Assembly: GCA_963676855.1 (NCBI GenBank)
Contig: OY781460.1
Span: forward strand, 1,495,520 to 1,527,519
Source: an uncultured Anaeromusa sp.
GTDB lineage: Bacteria > Bacillota > Negativicutes > Anaeromusales > Anaeromusaceae
Direction of reading: 5' to 3'
DNA: 32,000 nucleotides
This document shows positions 25,692-32,000 of this stretch, piece after piece. The translations under genes were made by a program, and so were the position numbers. The notes beneath the pieces are model-generated. The model was not told the origin of the DNA. It ran no database searches and was given only the letters and a program-made list of their open reading frames with translations. Numbering within the stretch: the first letter of the stretch is position 1; each line of letters starts with the position of its first letter.

Positions 25692-25916
25692 AGAACGATA
25701 CACAGTGTAACAGAGAGAAAAGAAAAAATTATAGCGGCATTTGCCTCCATTAACAAGGGCGGCAAGGTTGAAGTCCCCTCGCGCTAAAGGGGGGGATGGA
25801 CCGCCGGTTCAGGGGGATTTGTTTCATTGCAAGCGTAGTGTGGCAATCTCTTGTATCGTGTTCTTATAATTATATTATCTGACCTTTCTTTTGCATTTCT
25901 CCGTTACTCTGTGTAA
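25692..25916 (+). repeat. composite element: inverted CGATACACAG..GTAACAGAGA-type arms flanking a family-2 hairpin-rich core
   Basis: Left arm AGAACGATACACAGTGTAACAGAGAGAAA (25692-25720). Right arms TTGTATCGTGTTCTT (25851-25865) and TCTCCGTTACTCTGTGTAA (25898-25916) are imperfect reverse complements of it. The core at 25730-25850 is homologous to 27938-28057. Confidence 0.6.
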
Positions 25917-25966
25917 TTGTACCCCTAACGTATCTTTTACTTATCCATTGAAAGAGAGGCTTCCGC

Positions 25967-26686
25967 ATGTATATCCAAGCCAATAATTTGGTAAAAAGCT
26001 ATAAAGGACGCGCTGTGGTGGATGGCGTCAGCATTCGGGTAGACCAGGGATCGATAGTGGGATTGCTGGGACCCAACGGCGCCGGGAAAACTACCACTTT
26101 TTATATGATTGTTGGCTTGGAAAAACCAGATCAGGGCAGCGTAGTTATTGATGGTGAAGATGTGGCCAAACTTCCTATGCATATTCGTTCCAGCTATGGG
26201 CTGGGATATTTGCCGCAAGAAGCTTCCATTTTTCGCAAACTTTCGGTAGAAGATAATTTAATGGCTATTTTGGAAGTTACGCCTCTTACTGCGCAAGAAC
26301 GCAAAGAAAAACTGGAAAGTTTGTTGAAGGAATTTCATGTAGAACATGTGCGTGACCGGTTAGGGTCACAGCTCTCCGGCGGTGAACGGCGCCGAGTGGA
26401 GATTGCCCGGGCGTTAGCGACAGATCCCCAATTTATTCTCTTGGATGAACCTTTTGCTGGTGTTGATCCTATCGCTGTAGCGGATATTCAGGAAATTATT
26501 AGCTATCTTAAAGAACGAGGCATTGGAATTTTAATTACCGATCATAATGTGAGGGAAACTCTCAGCATTGTAGATCGGGCTTATATTTTGAATAACGGTC
26601 GGATTTTAATTGACGGTGATCGAGAAACCATCGCCAATAGCGATATAGCCCGCAAATTCTATTTGGGAGAAAATTTCAGTTTGTAA
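25967..26686 (+). CDS. lptB: LPS export ABC transporter ATP-binding protein LptB
   Basis: Walker [10 protein letters not shown], signature [14 protein letters not shown], Walker [14 protein letters not shown]-terminal [10 protein letters not shown] is typical of LptB. 239 aa. Confidence 0.92.
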   Translation: MYIQANNLVKSYKGRAVVDGVSIRVDQGSIVGLLGPNGAGKTTTFYMIVGLEKPDQGSVVIDGEDVAKLPMHIRSSYGLGYLPQEASIFRKLSVEDNLMAILEVTPLTAQERKEKLESLLKEFHVEHVRDRLGSQLSGGERRRVEIARALATDPQFILLDEPFAGVDPIAVADIQEIISYLKERGIGILITDHNVRETLSIVDRAYILNNGRILIDGDRETIANSDIARKFYLGENFSL

Positions 26687-26777
26687 TGAGCCTTTTTATA
26701 AAGCATATTTCTAAGAGCCGAACCTTGCATGCGTTATCCATTCAACAACGGCTCATGAATGAGGAGAGATTGTCTGG

Positions 26778-27866
26778 ATGCGCATTTTAGATAAATACAT
26801 TCTGAAGGAATTATTAGGCCCGTTTGTATTCGGCGTTTGCTCGTTTTCCAGTATTTTTATCGGCACGAGCACGCTGTTTCGTATTGCTCAATATGTAACT
26901 AAATACGGCGCTAGCTTGCCTAGCGTAATCAAATTATTTATTTACAGCTTGCCCAGCATCATTGTTTTGACCTTCCCCATGTCGATGCTGTTGGCGGCAT
27001 TGTTGGCTTTTGGCCGTTTGTCGGCATCCAGCGAATTGACGGCGATGAAATCAGGCGGCGTTAGCTTTGCTAGATTGGCAGCGCCTGTGTTTATTGTCGC
27101 TTTTTTTGTCAGCGTCTTTGCGGTAGCTTTTAATGAAAAAGTGGTGCCGGCGGCCAATGAAGCATATCGGTATACCGTGCAGACTGAAATCGAAAAAAAT
27201 ACCAAGCCCAAGGCTCAGGAACATGTTATTATTAAGGATATCGAACAGGGAAAAATTTCCCGTTTGACTTATGCGCGCAAATTTGATGAAGAAACAAGTA
27301 GCATGAATGCAGTTACAGTACAAGAATTTGAAAATGATCAAGTGGTTCGTATTCAAAACGCGGAAAAGGCTGTTTGGAATGAAGGCCGTTGGGAAATGGA
27401 GCATGGCGTTATTCACGATTTAACACCAGACGGCGGCTTGAATCGAACCATTCGTTTTGATAAGCAAATTTTACCGATTGATAAAGCGCCTAAGGATATT
27501 TCAAGGGAACAAAAAGAACCGGCGGAAATGACTATTCGCGAGTTGAAATTGCATATTGACGCCTTGAAGAGAGAATATGTGAAAACAGGGACCTATGAGG
27601 TGGAACTGCACCAACGCTTTACGATTCCGTTGGCATCTTTTGTATTTGCTCTGATCGGTACGCCTTTGGGGTTGGCGCCGCATCGGTCCAGTTCCTCCAT
27701 CGGCTTGGGCATCAGCATTGTCGTCATTTTCATCTATTATACGATTATGACCATTACGACCGCCTTGGGACAAGGCGGTGCTATTCCCGCCATGCTGGCG
27801 GCGTGGATTCCCAATCTTGTCGGTATCGTTGCTGGCGCTTGGCTCATCTGGCGTAAATCCAGGTAA
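26778..27866 (+). CDS. LptF/LptG-family LPS export permease (YjgP/YjgQ)
   Basis: N-terminal MRILDKYILKELLGPFVFGV. Three TM segments, a ~150-aa periplasmic beta-jellyroll-sized insert, then three TM segments. 362 aa. It is the only such gene in the window. Confidence 0.88.
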   Translation: MRILDKYILKELLGPFVFGVCSFSSIFIGTSTLFRIAQYVTKYGASLPSVIKLFIYSLPSIIVLTFPMSMLLAALLAFGRLSASSELTAMKSGGVSFARLAAPVFIVAFFVSVFAVAFNEKVVPAANEAYRYTVQTEIEKNTKPKAQEHVIIKDIEQGKISRLTYARKFDEETSSMNAVTVQEFENDQVVRIQNAEKAVWNEGRWEMEHGVIHDLTPDGGLNRTIRFDKQILPIDKAPKDISREQKEPAEMTIRELKLHIDALKREYVKTGTYEVELHQRFTIPLASFVFALIGTPLGLAPHRSSSSIGLGISIVVIFIYYTIMTITTALGQGGAIPAMLAAWIPNLVGIVAGAWLIWRKSR

Positions 27867-27937
27867 AGAAGAGAAAGACAGAGAATGAAAAGAGAGAACA
27901 GAGTAATAGAGGAAAACAGAAAGAAAAAGCATAAATT

Positions 27938-28057
27938 AGAGTGGCATCTGAATCCCTCCGCCGCTGCTGCGGCACCTCCCTTTAAGAAGGGAGTAAAGGG
28001 GGAAGGACCGCAGGTCCAGGGGGATGTGCGTCATTGCGAACGCAGCGCGGCAATCTC
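27938..28057 (+). repeat. family-2 hairpin-rich repeat, copy 2
   Basis: The core TAAAGGGGGAAGGACCGCAGGTCCAGGGGGATGTGCGTCATTGCGAACGCAGCGCGGCAATCTC (27994-28057) is about 80% identical by eye to 25785-25850. Hairpins at 27960-27973, 27976-27993, 28005-28017 and 28033-28054. Confidence 0.7.
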
Positions 28058-28115
28058 CAAAAAACGGAATACAAGCCGTAATTTTTATTTTATACTATGG
28101 AATAATGGACCGTTA

Positions 28116-28149
28116 CCCTCATAACGTTCCCTCCATCTTCTTGTTCGTT
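28116..28149 (+). repeat. family-1 repeat, right-half copy
   Basis: CCCTCATAACGTTCCCTCCATCTTCTTGTTCGTT aligns with the CCCTCAT / CCCTCC / TTCTTGTTC blocks of the other copies. Ends 31 nt before the GTG at 28180. Confidence 0.55.
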
Positions 28150-28179
28150 ATCTATTTCCCCTAAGAGGAGGCGTGGCTC

Positions 28180-29388
28180 GTGGACGGTATTATTTTGATT
28201 TTAGTGCTGATTTTAATGGGCGGAGCCATTGCTTTTATTGGAGATCGCCTGGGATCAAAAGTCGGCAAGAAGAAGCTGACCTTGTTTGGTTTGCGCCCCA
28301 AGCATACCTCTACTATAGTAACGATTGTTACTGGGATTTTAATTGTTACGGCTACCTTTGGCATCTTGACGGCCGCGTCTCAGGATGTGCGTACGGCATT
28401 GTTCGGCATGGAAAAACTAAAAGCGCAAATGGCGGAGCTGCAGAACGAAGCAAAGGTTAGTCAGGAAGCTTCCGATAAGGCAAAAGCCAGTTTGGCGGAG
28501 AAAACTGCCGAGTTTGTTGCAATTAGCGATCAGGTAGAAAAAATGAACCAACGCTTAGCGGCGGTGCGACAAGAGTTGCAGCAGGCAGTAACTGAAAAAG
28601 AGCGGGCGGTAGAAGCGTTGACTGCTTCCCAAGGAGAAGTGAATCGCCTGCAAGGGCAGCAACAAGCGCTGGAAGGCAAAATACAAGATCTGAACCGTAA
28701 TAAAGAGCAGCTAGAAAGTGACTTGGCGGAGTTGCAGGAAATAGCCGCCAAATTGCAAACCGGCATTCGTGTGGTTCGCGAAGGCGCGATTGTTTTTCAG
28801 GCCGGGGAGGTGCTGGCTTCTCGTTCCGTGGATCCTCATGAATCTTCAGAACAGCTGCGCCAGGAACTGGAGACTTTTTTGCGTGAAACCAATACGCAGC
28901 TTTTGCAGCGCTTAAATATTGACAAAGACTTAGGCTTATTGGTAATCAGCCAACGTGAATTTGATACAACTTTTGACGAAATAAAAAAAGCTGACTCGCC
29001 GCGTATTCTGCGTGTCGTAGCGGCGGGAAACACTGTTTACGGCGAGCCTGTGTTTGGAGCTTTGCAATTGTACCCGAACCAACTAGTGTTTGCGAAAGGT
29101 ATTACTCTTTTGCAAGAAGAAATGCAGGCGATTTCAGAGGATTCCGGGGCTAATGAAGGAGCCATTATTCTTTTTTTGAAGCAAGTCAATGCTCTTTCCG
29201 TGCGCCAAGGGGTCTTGCCAGACCCGATCTCAGGCATGGTCGGGTCTCTGCCGGCGAATCACCTGTACGAAACAGCGGCGAAGATGAGCCGCCTCGGTGG
29301 ACGTGTGGAGCTTTCGGCGGTTACTGTAGAAGATGTTCATACCGCAGGCCCCGTTCGCATCGAACTGCGTGTCAGGGCTATAAAGTAA
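28180..29388 (+). CDS. DUF3084-like membrane protein: two N-terminal TM helices, long coiled coil, C-terminal globular domain
   Basis: AGGAGG 8 nt before the GTG at 28180. N-terminus MDGIILILVLILMGGAIAFIGDRLGSKVGKKKLTLFGLRPKHTSTIVTIVTGILIVTATFGIL is the pattern I associate with DUF3084. About 125 aa of Q/E/A/L-rich heptad-like sequence, then a ~190-aa C-terminal domain. Confidence 0.7.
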   Translation: MDGIILILVLILMGGAIAFIGDRLGSKVGKKKLTLFGLRPKHTSTIVTIVTGILIVTATFGILTAASQDVRTALFGMEKLKAQMAELQNEAKVSQEASDKAKASLAEKTAEFVAISDQVEKMNQRLAAVRQELQQAVTEKERAVEALTASQGEVNRLQGQQQALEGKIQDLNRNKEQLESDLAELQEIAAKLQTGIRVVREGAIVFQAGEVLASRSVDPHESSEQLRQELETFLRETNTQLLQRLNIDKDLGLLVISQREFDTTFDEIKKADSPRILRVVAAGNTVYGEPVFGALQLYPNQLVFAKGITLLQEEMQAISEDSGANEGAIILFLKQVNALSVRQGVLPDPISGMVGSLPANHLYETAAKMSRLGGRVELSAVTVEDVHTAGPVRIELRVRAIK

Positions 29389-29415
29389 AACGAGAAGAAA
29401 AATAGGGAACACGAG

Positions 29416-29587
29416 GATTGAACCAGAGAACCGGCGACGGGCGCTGGATGCGCCTAGGAGCGGTTGCGCCATGGAGGGCTTAGCAACCGATATCTGTTGG
29501 AGGGGACCGAAGAGGGCTACGTGAGTGTGTTTTTGATAAAATCGAACCCTCATGGATTCCCTCCGGTCACTCCAATTCTCTTGTTCG
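29416..29587 (+). repeat. family-1 element, full copy B (~172 bp)
   Basis: GATTGAACCAGAGAACCGGCGACGGGCGCTGGATGCGCCTAGGAGCGGTTGCGCCATGGA matches the left ~63 nt of copy A at about 85% by eye. The right end CCAATTCTCTTGTTCG is an imperfect inverted repeat of the left end. Confidence 0.75.
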
Positions 29588-29618
29588 TTTTTATGTTCTT
29601 TTTCATGGAGGAGTAACG

Positions 29619-30041
29619 ATGATTGCAGCAGTGGATCCGGGGAGGGAAAAATGCGGCGTAGCCGTAGTGGCTATGGATGGCATTATCGTCAGACGGCTTG
29701 TAGTACCGACTCAGGATTTACACGAAGAAATAGCGTCAATTTTGGCTGACGGCAAGATTCAAGTGCTTCTTTGCGGCGATGGCACCGGCTCAGCGGCGCA
29801 GGGCGCCATACTGCAAGAATTGACACAGCTGCATAAGGTGCAGTTTTTAATAGTAGATGAAAAGCATACTACAGAAGAAGCGCACAAATTGTATTGGCAG
29901 CAGCAGCCGCCCCAAGGTTTGCGGCGTTTTCTGCCAACCACCATGCTGACTCCGCCTGTGCCGGTAGACGACTACGTAGCCGTTCTTTTAGCCTGGAAAT
30001 ATTTGAACATACCCTCCCTTTACTCTCATTACTCCTGTTAA
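29619..30041 (+). CDS. RuvX/YqgF-like RNase H-fold nuclease (Holliday-junction-resolvase-like)
   Basis: GGAGGAG 5 nt before the ATG. IAAVDPGREKCGVAVV corresponds to the YqgF DxGxxxxGxAv motif, and LIVDEKHTTEEA to DE(R/K)x(S/T)TxEA. 140 aa with no signal peptide. Confidence 0.65.
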   Translation: MIAAVDPGREKCGVAVVAMDGIIVRRLVVPTQDLHEEIASILADGKIQVLLCGDGTGSAAQGAILQELTQLHKVQFLIVDEKHTTEEAHKLYWQQQPPQGLRRFLPTTMLTPPVPVDDYVAVLLAWKYLNIPSLYSHYSC

Positions 30042-30113
30042 AAACCGTACCCGTAACCATCGTACGAACTATCCGATTCTCTCGTGACTCTTGTTCAATC
30101 CCTTGTTCTTTAC
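30010..30113 (+). repeat. two tandem family-1 right-half copies; the first overlaps the 3' end of the nuclease-like CDS
   Basis: TACCCTCCCTTTACTC (30010-30025) is identical to 15531-15546. A second copy CATCGTACGAAC..CTCGTGACTCTTGTTCAATCCCTTGTTCTTTA (30056-30113) parallels 21873-21923. Confidence 0.65.
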
Positions 30114-30376
30114 TTTTCTTTTTCATTATGGTATACTACGTCTAGTTCTTGGACCACCCGGTCAAAGACTGAAAAATATTTGAAAAAAGTTTTTCAGCTT
30201 TGCAGGAGTTTTGAATCCAAGAGCGAAATTAATAAGGCGTGACCGGATGGATACATATTTACTTAGAAGTAGAAAAAAGCTATTGAGGAAACGTGGATAC
30301 TCATGAGCTGTTTTCTCCGACTGGGTTTATGTATTTGTCTGTGCGCAAATACAAAATTCTTAGGAGGAATGAACAC

Positions 30377-31696
30377 ATGAAAAAACGTCTTGTAACTGCT
30401 CTTGCTCTCATGTTCGGCCTCGGCATCGGCGCTACCGCCTTTGCAGCTGCCAATCCTTTCGTCGATGTTCCGGCGAAACACTGGGCCTATGATGCTGTAA
30501 ACAAACTGGCTAAAGCCGGCATTGTTGACGGCTATGGCGACGGCACCTTCCGTGGCGATCGCACCATGACCCGTTATGAAATGGCTCAGATTGTTGCTAA
30601 AGCTATGGCTCGTAGCGACAAAGCTGATGCTGAAACCAAAGCTACCATCGACAAGCTGGCTACCGAGTTCAGCGCTGAGATCGAAAACCTCGGTGTTCGT
30701 GTTGCCAAATTGGAAAAGAAATCCGACAATGTCCGTTTTGATGGCAACTTGCGTGTTCGTTATATTGATGAAAAATTTAGTAGCACTGGATTTGGTGATG
30801 GTGGCAACAAAGTACAACAGGCCCGGTTCCGTTTAGGTGCTACCGCTGAAGTAAATGATGCTTGGACTGTGCGCGGCTTGTTCCAAGCGACTGCTGACTC
30901 TTCTGTTGGCGGTGATAATAACGATACGACGGCGAGAATGCCGGAAATGTATGCCAAAGGTAAACTGGGTCAAGTTGATCTCACGTTGGGCCGTTGGATG
31001 CAGACTTCTACTGGCGACGTAATTTTTGACGAAGATTCCATTGATGGTATTAAAATTGGTTTTGGTAACCAATTGAAAGCTAATGTTTATTACGGTAATC
31101 TTCACTATGATGAGTCCAGCGTTTCTAATAAAGATCGTGTATTAGGTACTGAATTGAATTGGGCTGCTAATAAGAACTTCAACATGTGGGGGAGCTTTAA
31201 TCAGATCAAGAGCCGCAATGATGCGGGAAGCGTCATGATGAATAGCGGGAAAAACTTCACTGGCAAAAACAGCATCAATCTTTATGAAATCGGTGCTTCC
31301 TACAAGTTTACTCCTGATTGGAAATTGACTGGTATTTTCAACAAGTCCAATGCTGACTTCCAAAGTAGCGGTTATAAAGCTGAAGTTCAATACAAAGCTA
31401 TTGACTTGAACAAAGCAGGTACTTGGCAAGTGGCAGCTGGCTACATGAAGACCGGCGTTAATTCCGTATATGATACGGGTAGCTGGGTTGGAAGAATTAA
31501 TTACTCTGCATTAAATGCTCTTCCAGGAACTAGCCTTGCTACTAATGGCTATGATGGTGCCAAAGGTTGGTATTTCGACGGTGCATATGTGCCGGCTAAA
31601 AACATCAAGTTGCGCACCATTTACGGCGATTTTAAAGGCGTTGATTCTGCTGCAAAAGACAGATACTATCGCGCCCAAGTTGAATTCTTCTTCTAA
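30377..31696 (+). CDS. ompM: OmpM-type porin: N-terminal SLH domain, coiled-coil linker, C-terminal beta-barrel
   Basis: AGGAGG 9 nt before the ATG at 30377. Signal peptide ending AFA/AN. SLH motif FVDVPAKHWAYDAVNKLAKAGIVDGYGDGTFRGDRTMTRYEMAQIVAKAM. Helical linker, then a G/Y/N-rich barrel ending RAQVEFFF. Codon usage looks highly expressed. Confidence 0.88.
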   Translation: MKKRLVTALALMFGLGIGATAFAAANPFVDVPAKHWAYDAVNKLAKAGIVDGYGDGTFRGDRTMTRYEMAQIVAKAMARSDKADAETKATIDKLATEFSAEIENLGVRVAKLEKKSDNVRFDGNLRVRYIDEKFSSTGFGDGGNKVQQARFRLGATAEVNDAWTVRGLFQATADSSVGGDNNDTTARMPEMYAKGKLGQVDLTLGRWMQTSTGDVIFDEDSIDGIKIGFGNQLKANVYYGNLHYDESSVSNKDRVLGTELNWAANKNFNMWGSFNQIKSRNDAGSVMMNSGKNFTGKNSINLYEIGASYKFTPDWKLTGIFNKSNADFQSSGYKAEVQYKAIDLNKAGTWQVAAGYMKTGVNSVYDTGSWVGRINYSALNALPGTSLATNGYDGAKGWYFDGAYVPAKNIKLRTIYGDFKGVDSAAKDRYYRAQVEFFF

Positions 31697-31713
31697 ATCG
31701 AGGAATAATGGCA

Positions 31714-31758
31714 AAGAAGCCCTGCTAATGCAGGGCTTCTTTTTCTTTACTTTTTTTT
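31714..31758 (+). terminator. intrinsic terminator of ompM
   Basis: Perfect 12-bp stem AAGAAGCCCTGC / GCAGGGCTTCTT with a TAAT loop (31714-31741), followed by TTTCTTTACTTTTTTTT. Confidence 0.9.
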
Positions 31759-31907
31759 ATAGGCATGATAAAATTCCATTTGCGTCTATTAGGATACAGA
31801 AATATCGTGCAGAAGTATAGGCAAGGGAACATGGAAACTTGCTTGGGAATAATGCGAACAAACTGTAGAATTTAGACGGATTGATTACATAGCAAGGAGA
31901 GAGATGA

Positions 31908-32000
31908 ATGAAAAAGAAACTTTTAATGGCGGCGCTCGCTACTATGATTGCTATGCCGGCAACTGCGGCTTTTGCTTCCCCGGTGCAGTTGGATGGGGAA
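31908..32000 (+). CDS. exported protein, N-terminal fragment (3'-truncated by window edge)
   Basis: AAGGAGAGAG upstream. MKKKLLMAALATMIAMPATAAFA/SPVQLDGE is a classical signal peptide. Too short to classify, and no SLH motif follows the cleavage site. Confidence 0.55.
   Translation, partial: MKKKLLMAALATMIAMPATAAFASPVQLDGE

Noticed and set aside
27885-28124. 79-aa + strand ORF in the lptF/G - DUF3084 spacer
   Set aside because: It is a translation through the family-2 hairpin repeat (it gives ...VRHCERSAAISKK...). It has no convincing RBS and a low-complexity K/E/R start. Such repeat read-through ORFs are typical artefacts.
30263-30817. 184-aa minus-strand ORF
   Set aside because: It is antisense to the 5' part of ompM, which has far stronger coding evidence (RBS, signal peptide, SLH domain).
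1-32000. Genomic island, prophage or defence-system interpretation
   Set aside because: There is no integrase, transposase, tRNA attachment site, CRISPR array or recognisable defence or toxin gene. The content is core envelope biogenesis with uniform strand orientation. The only sign of mobility is the non-coding repeats.

Overview
All convincing genes in this 32-kb window are on the + strand. It reads as the outer-membrane/LPS biogenesis super-cluster of a diderm Firmicute, probably Negativicutes-like. That assignment is an inference from an SLH-domain OmpM-type porin, an LpxI-type lipid A route, tandem Skp/OmpH genes and strong AGGAGG ribosome-binding sites. Gene order (| marks spacers over 100 bp): tamB (5' partial) - sigma factor | membrane protein - bamA - exported ORF | skp x3 - lpxD - small OMP-like ORF | LpxL-family acyltransferase - lpxC - fabZ | lpxA | lpxI | lpxB - msbA - waaA - lpxK - kdsB | kdsA - kdsC - second LpxL-family acyltransferase - lptC - lptA | lptB - lptF/G-family permease | DUF3084-like membrane coiled-coil protein | RuvX/YqgF-like nuclease | ompM | start of another exported protein. 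Several junctions overlap by 1-8 nt, suggesting translational coupling. I saw no tRNA, rRNA, CRISPR array, transposase or integrase. Two kinds of observation go beyond routine annotation. (a) Uncharacterised genes embedded in the machinery: a non-ECF sigma factor plus a single-pass membrane protein between tamB and bamA, a 429-aa exported protein coupled to bamA, a 201-aa OMP-like protein coupled to lpxD, and a periplasm-facing coiled-coil protein. (b) Most long intergenic spacers carry copies of related, non-coding, hairpin-rich repeat families in the same orientation as the genes. One repeat copy supplies the C-terminus and stop codon of a gene. Repeat identities are eyeball alignments, not computed values.
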